Source of the DNA: Methanomicrobiales archaeon
Lineage (GTDB): Archaea > Halobacteriota > Methanomicrobia > Methanomicrobiales > Methanospirillaceae
Reading direction: 5' to 3'
NCBI GenBank assembly: GCA_012520015.1
Contig: JAAYPD010000396.1
Location: 1-56,337, forward strand
DNA length: 56,337 nt
Shown here piece by piece: positions 10,317 to 19,351 of the stretch (positions within the stretch are counted from its first letter, which is position 1; every line of letters starts with the position of its first letter). Below the pieces are notes generated by a model that did not search any database, was not told where the DNA came from, and saw nothing but the letters and a program-made list of their open reading frames with translations. Position numbers and translations under genes: made by a program.

Positions 10317-11291
10317 TCAGATAAATTCGGCCGATGGCGCTGCAACGGTGGAAGTAACCGATGTATCCAGCCCTGATCCAGCTCCGGCGCTTGAAAAGGC
10401 AACTGATGACGATACTACCGTCGCCGGTGATGATGCCACGATAATCGGGGTATCTCCAAGGCACTTGTAGCTGTTCATCCTCAAATTATAGCTTCCGCTT
10501 CCGCTGCGTGCATATACCATCACATAATAGGTTGATCCACGCTGCGGGTTTGAGACTGATACATAGGCATTCGGACCATTTGCATAATAATTCGTGTTGC
10601 AGTACGAATACTGCGGGTTGCAGTCCTTAAACACGTATATGTCAAAGTTTGGATTAAAGCTTCCACTAAAGACCTGCCCGGCCATTGACGAGACGATAAT
10701 CGGCGTTGAACCACTGCCTGAACCGGACAAATACCACTCTATCTGTGATCTACCCTCAGGCGGGATATAATACCCGTATACTGCTGCCTGTCCTGGGTAA
10801 AGGAATCCTGACCTGTCAACTGTCTTATATGGGCTGCATGGCACCGGAACCGGCGGGGATGGCGGGAACGGGGTGGGACCTGGCGGGAAGCAGTTGGTCT
10901 CTGCAGTTACATATGCATTGCCGCTTCCAGACCTTGCATAGACCACGACGCACCAGAGGCCCTGGTCCAGGTAGATAGTAGCGCTTCCTCCAGAGCCACT
11001 GCTGTAGGCATACTTGTCATAATGAGTCATAATGTACTCATTTGATGGACAGGTACCAGGCGAATCATAATTTTTCATCGCATAGATATCAAAAGCCGCA
11101 CCAAAGGGTGACTTTACTGTTATCTGCGTTCCACAGTACCCGTACACTCCGATTTCATGCATTGCAGATGAACCCTGCCAGAGACGGTACGACTTTGGAA
11201 AGTCGGTCGTATAAGCACTGGCTGATGTTACAACCAGGGTCAGGACGACGATTACCAGAAGGGCCAGTCCGCTATACCAAATTCTCTTCAT
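10317..11291 (-). CDS. Secreted protein with two PPC-like domains and Pro-rich linker (paralog 2)
   Basis: Signal peptide ending ASA; FDIYA/FDIYV, G.WCVVVYARSGSG, YYVMVYARSGSGSYNL. Confidence 0.75.
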   Translation of the reverse strand: MKRIWYSGLALLVIVVLTLVVTSASAYTTDFPKSYRLWQGSSAMHEIGVYGYCGTQITVKSPFGAAFDIYAMKNYDSPGTCPSNEYIMTHYDKYAYSSGSGGSATIYLDQGLWCVVVYARSGSGNAYVTAETNCFPPGPTPFPPSPPVPVPCSPYKTVDRSGFLYPGQAAVYGYYIPPEGRSQIEWYLSGSGSGSTPIIVSSMAGQVFSGSFNPNFDIYVFKDCNPQYSYCNTNYYANGPNAYVSVSNPQRGSTYYVMVYARSGSGSYNLRMNSYKCLGDTPIIVASSPATVVSSSVAFSSAGAGSGLDTSVTSTVAAPSAEFI

Positions 11292-11429
11292 AAATTACAC
11301 ACTCCCTAAGGCATAGACCTTACTTTGTCTTTTACTATCATGCAGAATATAATAATCTTTTTTACGAGACCCAGGTATTCCGGAAAATCCGGAACAAAAA
11401 AAGAGATTCCGGAGATTAACTCATCCGTT

Positions 11430-12404
11430 TCATTCAGATATTACGATATCTGCTGCAGGTGCAGAGACCTCTGAACCTGAACCGGTGTCATCAGAAGCAG
11501 CTGATTCAACTGACATGGACGAGGCTGCTTCCATTCCGGCCGACGCAACGATGATCGGTGTTGTGCCACCACACTTGTAGCTGTTCATCTTCAGGTTATA
11601 ATTGCCACTTCCACTGCGGGCATATACCATCACATAGTATGTTGAGCCGCTTGATGGTGGGGCAACCGAGACATAAGCATTCGGGCCATAGGAGTAATAC
11701 CGGGTGTTGCAATATGAATTCTTAGGGTTGCAGTCCTTGAAGACATAAAGGTCAAAGGTGCTGCCATACGAGCTGCTCTCAACCGATGGCCCGTCAGATG
11801 CAACGATGATCGGGGTGCTGCCTCCTCCTGATGAACTCATAGACCACTCGATCCTGGATCTCCCGTCAGTCGGGATATAATACCCATAAACTGCAGCCTG
11901 ACCCTGGTTTAAGTACCCCTGCCTGGTATCTGATTTGTAAACACCGCATGGAGTCGGGTAGGGTGTTGGATATGGGGTTGGATACGGGGTCGGGGTCGGG
12001 TACGGACAGGTTGAGGTTACACGAAGGGTGTAGGTACCACTGCCGGAGAACCCATGTACAACCAGGCACCAGGTACCTGCTTCAAGAGTCATGGTTGCAG
12101 TTCCACTGTACCCGCGTGCAACCTTGTCATAATTGTACAGGATGGAGTTTCCCGAGGGGCAGGATCCATATCCCCATTTCTTCTTTGCATAAAGGTCAAA
12201 CCTGGCACCATAACTGGATGTAACGGTTGCTGTTCCAGGACAGTTCAGGGTAACTTCATACACCTGGGATGTCTGGCCCTGCCAGAGTGATGCCTGCTGC
12301 TCACTAAGAACGCTCATTTCTTCAGCAGAGGCCGGTAATGCCACAAGTGCACACATGATAAGCATCAAAGAGATGATGCTGGTTTTCCAGAAGATTCTCA
12401 TCAT
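11430..12404 (-). CDS. Secreted protein with two PPC-like domains and (PYPT)n linker (paralog 1)
   Basis: Signal peptide ending PASA; FDLY..., YYVMVYARSGSGNYNL; GAGGAG SD before ATG 12404/12401. Confidence 0.75.
   Translation of the reverse strand: MMRIFWKTSIISLMLIMCALVALPASAEEMSVLSEQQASLWQGQTSQVYEVTLNCPGTATVTSSYGARFDLYAKKKWGYGSCPSGNSILYNYDKVARGYSGTATMTLEAGTWCLVVHGFSGSGTYTLRVTSTCPYPTPTPYPTPYPTPYPTPCGVYKSDTRQGYLNQGQAAVYGYYIPTDGRSRIEWSMSSSGGGSTPIIVASDGPSVESSSYGSTFDLYVFKDCNPKNSYCNTRYYSYGPNAYVSVAPPSSGSTYYVMVYARSGSGNYNLKMNSYKCGGTTPIIVASAGMEAASSMSVESAASDDTGSGSEVSAPAADIVISE
11950..12005 (-). repeat. PYPT/PT-coding tandem repeat linker
   Basis: PYPTPTPYPTPYPTPYPTP in translation. Confidence 0.85.
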
Positions 12405-12578
12405 TCCACTCCTCAAGGCACATTGCCTTGCTATGAAAGATACTCTCATATGAGACCTTATAAGGCTTGTTGTCAGGAAATATCAGGAGTACAGTGTTTT
12501 TTACAAAAAGGAAAAGTCACTATGAATGGGTATATGGCATGCGCCGGAGAAAAAAAATAAGGCTGACGTGGAGGATGG

Positions 12579-13331
12579 TCAGCTTTGGACCACATGCTCA
12601 CCGGTATAAAGAGAGACTACGCCACCGATCACTATCACCGCAGGCGGGCTGACTTTTCGTTCCAGTGCAAGCTGTGATATTGTTTCAAGCGTTCCAATCG
12701 TCTCACGCTGGTCAGGCCTTAGCCCGCGCTCGATGATTGCAACAGGTGTTGATGCGTCCATTCCGTGATCCACAAGAAATTTTGCGATATTGCCAAGGTT
12801 TTTAACACCCATCAGGATGACGATGGTGCCCCTTGACTTTGAAAGCCAGTCCCAGTCAATGGCAGATTCATCCTTTGTCGGATCCTCGTTACCGGTCAGT
12901 ATGGTTACCTGGGAAGCATATCTCCTGTGAGTTACAGGGATTCCAACCGAGGCAGGGACTGCGACTGCACTGGTAACTCCGGGAACAACCTCCACAGGTA
13001 TGCCATGCGCCCTTAAGGTCTCCAGTTCCTCGCCGCCACGCCCAAAAAGGAAAGGATCTCCTCCTTTAAGCCTGACCACGTGACGACCCTGTTTTGCATA
13101 TGAGACCATGAGGCGCTCTATCTCATCCTGCTCTTTAATGTGATGACCCCCGAATTTTCCAACATCCACCTTCTCGGCATGGGCCGGAAGACTTGCAAGG
13201 ATCTCATCGCCCGGAAGCTGGTCATAGAGGATGACCTCTGCCTTGTCCAGGACCTCCCTTGCCCGGCGGGTCATAAGATTTAGTCCGCCAGGGCCTGAAC
13301 CTACAAGGTATACAACTCCTGTTTTATCCAT
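12579..13331 (-). CDS. cobA: Uroporphyrinogen-III C-methyltransferase (SUMT)
   Basis: [42 protein letters not shown]. Confidence 0.95.
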   Translation of the reverse strand: MDKTGVVYLVGSGPGGLNLMTRRAREVLDKAEVILYDQLPGDEILASLPAHAEKVDVGKFGGHHIKEQDEIERLMVSYAKQGRHVVRLKGGDPFLFGRGGEELETLRAHGIPVEVVPGVTSAVAVPASVGIPVTHRRYASQVTILTGNEDPTKDESAIDWDWLSKSRGTIVILMGVKNLGNIAKFLVDHGMDASTPVAIIERGLRPDQRETIGTLETISQLALERKVSPPAVIVIGGVVSLYTGEHVVQS

Positions 13332-14211
13332 GTGTTATTCCCAACCTCTGGAATGCTTCATTAATCAGGTCTCCTGCCTTTTCACGGACTTCCTGCCCGA
13401 ACTTTCCGGCATCCTCAAGATCTGACACCCTTCTTTCAAGCCTGAAAGACCGGTCACCTTCCAGTGATAATACCTCGGCAAGCATCATCCTGTCCTTGCA
13501 ATAGATGCCAAGCGGGGTAAAGCAGCCTCCTCCAATCATCTCCATCACCTTTCTTTCAAGCATGGTATCTGTCCTTGTCCCTGGATCATCTATCCTGGAC
13601 ATAATCTCGGTGATATCTGGATCATTTCTTGTAGCAACGGCTATTGTCCCCTGGTTTGGTGAGGGAATATGTATTTTCGGGTCCATCCTGTGACCTTCAA
13701 GGGTCATGGAGAGCCTTTGAAGGCCGGCCTCTGCAAGCATGATCCCGTCATATTCACCGGTACGAAGCCTGGACAGCCTTGTATTCACATTCCCCCTGAG
13801 CGGCTTTATGTCAGCCCATGGAAGATTGCGCCGTAACTGGGCTGTTCTCCTTGTGCTTGATGTACCGATTATCTTTAGATCTTCAAGTTCATGGTCGGTT
13901 ACGATATAATCACAGGGAGAGTCACGGGCAAGGATGGCAGAGGTGACTAATCCAGCCGGACGGTATGCAGGGATATCTTTCATGGAATGAGCTGCCATGT
14001 CGATCTTTCCCTGCTCCAGTGCATCATCAAGCGCCCTGACAAATACTCCCTGGCCCCCGATCTCATGAAGAGGGAGATCGGTCTTTTCATCACCGACCGT
14101 TGAGATAAACACTATCTCTGTCTCTACTCCAAGATCACCAAGCAGGCTGCATACTTTCTCAGCCTGGGCTGTGGCAAGGTTTGAAGCACGGGTACCTACG
14201 CGGAGAGGCAT
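13324..14211 (-). CDS. hemC: Porphobilinogen deaminase
   Basis: [35 protein letters not shown]. Confidence 0.96.
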   Translation of the reverse strand: MPLRVGTRASNLATAQAEKVCSLLGDLGVETEIVFISTVGDEKTDLPLHEIGGQGVFVRALDDALEQGKIDMAAHSMKDIPAYRPAGLVTSAILARDSPCDYIVTDHELEDLKIIGTSSTRRTAQLRRNLPWADIKPLRGNVNTRLSRLRTGEYDGIMLAEAGLQRLSMTLEGHRMDPKIHIPSPNQGTIAVATRNDPDITEIMSRIDDPGTRTDTMLERKVMEMIGGGCFTPLGIYCKDRMMLAEVLSLEGDRSFRLERRVSDLEDAGKFGQEVREKAGDLINEAFQRLGITHG

Positions 14212-15455
14212 GATTCATACGCCGATGAGAGGTATTCGATGTCTTCGCCTGAGTGGGCCTTTGAGAGGAAGTTTGTCTCAAACTGGGAAGGGGGCAGGAA
14301 GATCTTTTTGCTGAACATCTTCTCCCAGAATGAGCGGAACTTTACCGTGTCTGACTCTTTTGCCTGTGCATAGTTTTCAGGCGGGGCTGACCTGAAGAAG
14401 AATTTGAACATCGAACCAAGTTTCACAAATGATCCTTCTTTTCCCTGGCATGCATCCCTGATCATGTCTGTTGCCTTGTCAAGTGCGGTATACATCTCCC
14501 TGCTGGCATGGATCTCCTTAAGTGCCGCAACCCCTGCAGCAAGGCTTAGGGGGTTTCCTGAAAAGGTTCCGGCCTGGTAAACCGGTCCTGCAGGGGCAAT
14601 AAGCTCCATTATCTCTTTTTTCCCGCCAAATGCAGAGAGAGGAAGGCCCCCGCCGATGATCTTGCCAAGGGTTGTCAGATCAGGGGTTATGCCATAGAAT
14701 TTTTGTGCACCGCCTATACCAAGCCGGTACCCGGTGATGACCTCGTCAAAGATGAGCAGGATGTCATGTTCGGCGGTTATCTTCCGAACCTCCTGGAGAT
14801 ATCCCTTCTTTGGAATAACGGGGCCAATATTTCCCATCACTGGTTCAAGGATCATGGCTGCGATTTTGTCCCCGCCTGATTCAACAAGGGAGACGAGCGA
14901 CTCGGTGTCATTGTACGGAACCTGCCTTGTATGCTGCACCACGTCTGCCAGAACTCCGGCAGAGTCAGGCTGGCCAAGTGTTGTGCATCCTGATCCTGCC
15001 TGAACAAGGACTCCGTCATGGGCACCGTGAAATCCTCCCTCGGTCTTGATGATATCTGTCTTTCCGGTGTACCCGCGTGCAAGACGGATTGCAGCCATGG
15101 TGGCTTCAGAGCCGGTCGTGACAAACCTGACCATATCGATAGACGGGTGATCGTCTATCAGAATCCTGGCAAGATCTATCTCCGCCGGGGTGGGTGTTCC
15201 ATAAAGCCATCCATCATCAAGTGCTGTCCTGACTGCATCCCCTACCTTCCTGTCTGCATGTCCAAGGATGAGAGGACCATATGCCCCGCAACAGTCGATC
15301 ATCTCTGCCCCGTCCGCAGTGTAAATCCGTGAACCCGAGCCCCGGACGGTGTAAAAGGGATATGGCTGTATCGCTCTTACCGGACTTGATACTCCCCCGG
15401 GCATCATCTCCCTGGCAGTATTGTAATAATTCCTGCTTTTTTCACAATTATTCAT
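14196..15455 (-). CDS. hemL: Glutamate-1-semialdehyde 2,1-aminomutase
   Basis: [37 protein letters not shown]; start placed at ATG overlapping the hemB 3' end. Confidence 0.96.
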   Translation of the reverse strand: MNNCEKSRNYYNTAREMMPGGVSSPVRAIQPYPFYTVRGSGSRIYTADGAEMIDCCGAYGPLILGHADRKVGDAVRTALDDGWLYGTPTPAEIDLARILIDDHPSIDMVRFVTTGSEATMAAIRLARGYTGKTDIIKTEGGFHGAHDGVLVQAGSGCTTLGQPDSAGVLADVVQHTRQVPYNDTESLVSLVESGGDKIAAMILEPVMGNIGPVIPKKGYLQEVRKITAEHDILLIFDEVITGYRLGIGGAQKFYGITPDLTTLGKIIGGGLPLSAFGGKKEIMELIAPAGPVYQAGTFSGNPLSLAAGVAALKEIHASREMYTALDKATDMIRDACQGKEGSFVKLGSMFKFFFRSAPPENYAQAKESDTVKFRSFWEKMFSKKIFLPPSQFETNFLSKAHSGEDIEYLSSAYESCLSA

Positions 15456-16425
15456 CAAGCCACCTGCATACATCTTCAGCAAAGTAGGTAATTAACAGGT
15501 CTGCACCTGCACGTTTCAGCGAGAGAAGGCTCTCCATTACAACCTGTCTCTCATCAAGCCAGCCCTTTTCCGCTGCAGCCTTTATCATGGAATACTCTCC
15601 TGATACCTGGTAGGCTGCAACTGGAAGGCCTATCTGTTTTATATCGGTGATGATATCCCCAAACCATCCTGCAGGTTTTACCATCAGTATGTCGGCACCT
15701 TCTGCTGCATCCAGCTCTGATTCCCGAAAAGCTTCCAGCCGGTTTGAAGCTGGTGCCTGGTACCCGGTCCTGTCGCCGAACGAAAAACCTGAGTCTGCTG
15801 CCTCACGAAACGGACCATAAAGAGAAGAGGCAAACTTAGAGGAGTAAGACATGACAAGGACTTCATGGTGCCCGTTTTTATCAAGTGCCTCCCTGATTGC
15901 ACAGACCATTCCGTCAAGCATGCATGACGGGGCAACGATGTCTGCACCTGCCTCTGCCTGTGAGACGGCTATTTCCTGCATCATCTCAAGGGATTCGTCG
16001 TTTAAAAGACCAGGACCGTCAAGACATTCGCCAACATGCCCGCAATGGCCGTGACTTGTGTATTCACAGGCACAAAGGTCGGTGATGATGACCATTTCAG
16101 GGCAGGCTTTCTTCATTGCACGAATGACCTGCTGAATCACCCCGTCTTTTGCATATGCCCCGGAGGCTTTCTCATCTTTTTCGGATGGGATACCAAAAAG
16201 GAGGACTGCACGGATGCCGGCATTGTTCAGCCTGGTGACGACCTCTTCAGCCATCCTGACCGGCCACCTGAACTGTCCTGGCATTGACTGTATCAAAACC
16301 GGATCTGCTGCCCCTTCGTCAAAGAATAGCGGGGCGATAAGATCATCTTTCCCTAAACGGGTCTCTGCAAGCAGGGGGATCATCTTCCGCCTGCGAAGCC
16401 TTCTTAATCTTGTGTGCGGGAACAT
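15448..16425 (-). CDS. hemB: Porphobilinogen synthase (ALA dehydratase)
   Basis: [19 protein letters not shown] Zn motif, [20 protein letters not shown]. Confidence 0.97.
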   Translation of the reverse strand: MFPHTRLRRLRRRKMIPLLAETRLGKDDLIAPLFFDEGAADPVLIQSMPGQFRWPVRMAEEVVTRLNNAGIRAVLLFGIPSEKDEKASGAYAKDGVIQQVIRAMKKACPEMVIITDLCACEYTSHGHCGHVGECLDGPGLLNDESLEMMQEIAVSQAEAGADIVAPSCMLDGMVCAIREALDKNGHHEVLVMSYSSKFASSLYGPFREAADSGFSFGDRTGYQAPASNRLEAFRESELDAAEGADILMVKPAGWFGDIITDIKQIGLPVAAYQVSGEYSMIKAAAEKGWLDERQVVMESLLSLKRAGADLLITYFAEDVCRWLDE

Positions 16426-17678
16426 AATGTCTCTCCTCTTGTAATGGCACCGACCAGGTCTTCTGCAACCTGCATATCCCCCCGTTCTGCACAGCTTCTT
16501 ATCGTGAGGGTCACATCGGTCAAAAGTTTCCTGGTCAGAACCCTTGTCAGGTCATCTGTAACATCTCTTAATCGGTCATCGCAGCCGGACAGCCTGCTAA
16601 GGGCCTTGTCTCTCTCTCTTATTCTTATCTGTTCAGCCCAGCTGTGCAGGGTTGCAAGGAGCTCATCTGCTGCTTTCCGGTTAAAGAGGCGGATGAATCT
16701 TGTAATCTCCTGGTCAAGGAAGATCTGCGCTTTTTCTGCAGCCTCTCTCCGAAATTGGGCGGTATTGTCATTGACTTTTCGCAGGTCATCTATGGTGAAA
16801 AGGCAGACACCAGGAATGCTTCGGACTGCCTCCTCAACGTCCCTGGGCTGGGCGATGTCTACGATGAGGAGAGGACGGACTGATTTGTCAAGAGGCCATG
16901 AACGCCCCTTTAATGCTTCCATCACCTCCCCGGCCCTGATGACCGGGTGGGGGGCTGACGTGCAGCAGATTACTACATCAGAGAGGGTCATGAACCGGTA
17001 GAGATCAGAGATGGGAACTGCCGTGCCACTGACTTTCCCGGCAAGGCGCTGTGCACGGTCAAATGTTCTGTTGGCCACGTATATTGCAGAGAGTTGTTTT
17101 TCTGCAAGTGCCTGGGTCACAAGGACTCCCATCTCACCGCTTCCAAGGACGAGGATATGCCGGCCGGCAAGGGAACCAAGCTGCTCTTCGGCCAGGAGAA
17201 CTGCCGCCGACCCTATCGAGACTGCACCACGGTTTATCCCGGTAATTCTCCTGACTTCTGATCCTGCATGGATGGCCTTGTTGATACAGAGGGTTATCAG
17301 TGGATCTGCTACTGATACCGACTCTGAAAGGGTCAGGGCATCCCGCAGCTGGCCAAGGATCTGGTCCTCTCCTATAACCATGGAGTCAAGCCCTGCTGCA
17401 AGGTCAAGGAGATGGGATAATGCCTCTGCATCTTTCCAGATCTGCCACCCGGCCCTTCCCTCGCTCTCAAGGAACCGGCCAAGAAGATCCTCGTTTCCAT
17501 TGACCATTACCTCGATGCGGTTGCAGGTCTGCAGAAGGATGGCACCCTTAAACCATTCTCCTGCCCTGGTCAGAAATGCCTCTTCGTCTGGAAACCGGAC
17601 CTTCTCCATGTCAGCCACAGATGCGGTGTGATGTGATATTCCTGCTATGGTGAACGGTGAAAAGAGCGCATGTGTCAT
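16404..17678 (-). CDS. hemA: Glutamyl-tRNA reductase
   Basis: TCNR.E, GLDSMVIGEDQILGQ, G.GEMG, DIAQPRD. Confidence 0.96.
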   Translation of the reverse strand: MTHALFSPFTIAGISHHTASVADMEKVRFPDEEAFLTRAGEWFKGAILLQTCNRIEVMVNGNEDLLGRFLESEGRAGWQIWKDAEALSHLLDLAAGLDSMVIGEDQILGQLRDALTLSESVSVADPLITLCINKAIHAGSEVRRITGINRGAVSIGSAAVLLAEEQLGSLAGRHILVLGSGEMGVLVTQALAEKQLSAIYVANRTFDRAQRLAGKVSGTAVPISDLYRFMTLSDVVICCTSAPHPVIRAGEVMEALKGRSWPLDKSVRPLLIVDIAQPRDVEEAVRSIPGVCLFTIDDLRKVNDNTAQFRREAAEKAQIFLDQEITRFIRLFNRKAADELLATLHSWAEQIRIRERDKALSRLSGCDDRLRDVTDDLTRVLTRKLLTDVTLTIRSCAERGDMQVAEDLVGAITRGETLCSRTQD

Positions 17679-18295
17679 ATTGCAAATTTCCTTAGAACAT
17701 GTTCCCTGGCATCTTTCATCCCGGATGCCAGCGCTTTTCTCGTCTCAGGGTCACGGAGCGCGTAGTAAAGGACGGTATCGTACGAATCAGGGCCTGTCCT
17801 CTCTCCCCGGTAGGTCTCTCTTATCCACCTGCCAAGTTCCACCAGGTCATCCAGGTCAGGGAATGAATTTTCCAGCTCTTCACGAATCAGCCGTGAGACG
17901 GCAGGGACCGACCCGTCGGTGCTGACTGCGATGACATAATGGCTGCCTGATATCTTTGCCGGTAAAACGACGTCGCCTTTCTTCCCTGACGCAACATTGC
18001 ACCAGATATACTCCTTGTCACAGGCGCTTTTTATCTGTTCGTTTAATCCTGGATCTGATGTGGCGGCTATGACAAGTGAAGAGCCTGAAACAATGTTACG
18101 CAGCTCTTTCTCGTCTCCTGTCAGGTTGCAGACCTCTGTTCTGACTGGAATTTCCCGGAATTCCGGGTGGAAAGAACGACTGTAAACCACTACTTCTGCC
18201 TCGTGAGCGAAATAACGGGCCTTCCTGGCTCCAACTACCCCTCCCCCAAAGATGATCACTTGCTTTTCAGTAAAGTCAACCATCAGGGGAATCAT
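17675..18295 (-). CDS. sirC: Precorrin-2 dehydrogenase (CysG N-terminal/SirC)
   Basis: MIPLMVD..V.IFGGGVVGARK, VIAAT...LN, IAVST.G..PA. Confidence 0.88.
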   Translation of the reverse strand: MIPLMVDFTEKQVIIFGGGVVGARKARYFAHEAEVVVYSRSFHPEFREIPVRTEVCNLTGDEKELRNIVSGSSLVIAATSDPGLNEQIKSACDKEYIWCNVASGKKGDVVLPAKISGSHYVIAVSTDGSVPAVSRLIREELENSFPDLDDLVELGRWIRETYRGERTGPDSYDTVLYYALRDPETRKALASGMKDAREHVLRKFAI

Positions 18296-18384
18296 CGTAT
18301 GAGGTTTGTGGGTAGAAAATATCAATCTGTCTAATTTATTATAGCAATGTTCACACGTGAAGAGATACGAATCAAACCGATGAG

Positions 18385-18392
18385 TTTATTAT
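18385..18392 (+). promoter_or_regulatory. Putative TATA box for tRNA-Gly
   Basis: TTTATTAT about 30 nt upstream of the tRNA 5' end. Confidence 0.45.
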
Positions 18393-18420
18393 CTATTAGA
18401 GCTGACATTTTAAAGCACCT

Positions 18421-18492
18421 GCGTTGATAGTGTAGTGGTTATCACTAGGCGTTGCCAACGCCTAAACCCGGGTTCGAATCCCGGTCAGCGCA
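18421..18492 (+). tRNA. tRNA-Gly (GCC)
   Basis: Acceptor GCGTTGA/TCAGCGC-A, anticodon arm AGGCG-TTGCCAA-CGCCT, T-arm CCGGG-TTCGAAT-CCCGG; CCA not encoded. Confidence 0.97.
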
Positions 18493-18589
18493 TTCATTTC
18501 GTATACAGTCCCCTATTTTTCGATATTTTTCTGAGTTATTGTTTTCATGAAGACGGACCCATTCTTCAAAGTGAGCATATTTTCTTATT

Positions 18590-19106
18590 CCAGCCAATAT
18601 TCACCGTGACCAGTGCGAAATGGTATGGATCAGACTCTCTCAAACTGACCTATGAAGATGCTTCAGGCAGAGCTGATAACAGGCTTTTATACAGGGATGA
18701 TGAATCTCAATTTGATATCGAGACAGAAGGGCGTCCCTGGAGTTTCCTTGGCGATTCGAAAGTATTTCGAATGGCAGCAGAGGCCCGGAGAATCCGTCTT
18801 GCCCACCTCTTTGATCCTCTCCTTGCCATCCATACTTCCCTGGTTGACCCGCTCCCCCATCAGATTACCGCAGTATATGACGCGATGATAACCCGTCAGC
18901 CTCTTCGATTCCTGTTTGCCGATGATCCGGGAGCAGGAAAGACTATCATGGCCGGTCTTCTTATCAAAGAGCTCATCGCCCGTGGTGACCTGCAACGCTG
19001 TCTGATTGTCTGTCCTGGCAATCTTGTAGAACAATGGCAGGATGAGATGGATAAAAAGTTCAACATTCCATTCGAGATCATGACGACAGGTTATTCGGAC
19101 AATTAA
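18590..19106 (+). pseudogene. Truncated SWI2/SNF2 helicase (type associated with DUF499/DUF1156 defence loci)
   Basis: LTYEDASG...LLYRDDE, RIRLAHLFDP, PLPHQI.AVY, LFADDPGAGKTIMAG (Walker A), LIVCP..LVEQWQDEM; stops before the DExH motif and lacks a proper start. Confidence 0.85.
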
Positions 19107-19351
19107 CGAGTAGCCGAGGTAGAAATCTGCGCTGTTTGAGACTGTGAAATTAAAATTTTTATATTTTACTCACAATTACTTTTCAATAATTCTTTCAAAA
19201 TCATCTTAAAGATTAAAAGTTTCTTTTCTCATTCTTTGAATATTACACATTGAATTATCAAGGATGAATATACACAATGGACTTTATATAAGGGACTTTT
19301 TCAAAAACCATTTCGATACTATCAAAAGGTTATAGAATTATACTCAAAACA

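Noticed and set aside
1312-17925. Numerous antisense and alternate-frame ORFs over thermosome, MCP and hem genes
   Set aside because: Shadow ORFs of well-supported genes with no independent motifs
18435-18590. 5' part of the 223-aa ORF in the track
   Set aside because: Starts inside the tRNA-Gly gene; helicase similarity only begins around 18590
18586-18598. 13-bp match TATTCCAGCCAAT to the IS1634 end at 24334-24346
   Set aside because: Several 13-mer matches are expected by chance in 56 kb; no further similarity
19086-19105. CAGGTTATTCGGACAATT at the helicase breakpoint as a possible IS terminal repeat
   Set aside because: No partner inverted copy or transposase found by eye; cannot be supported
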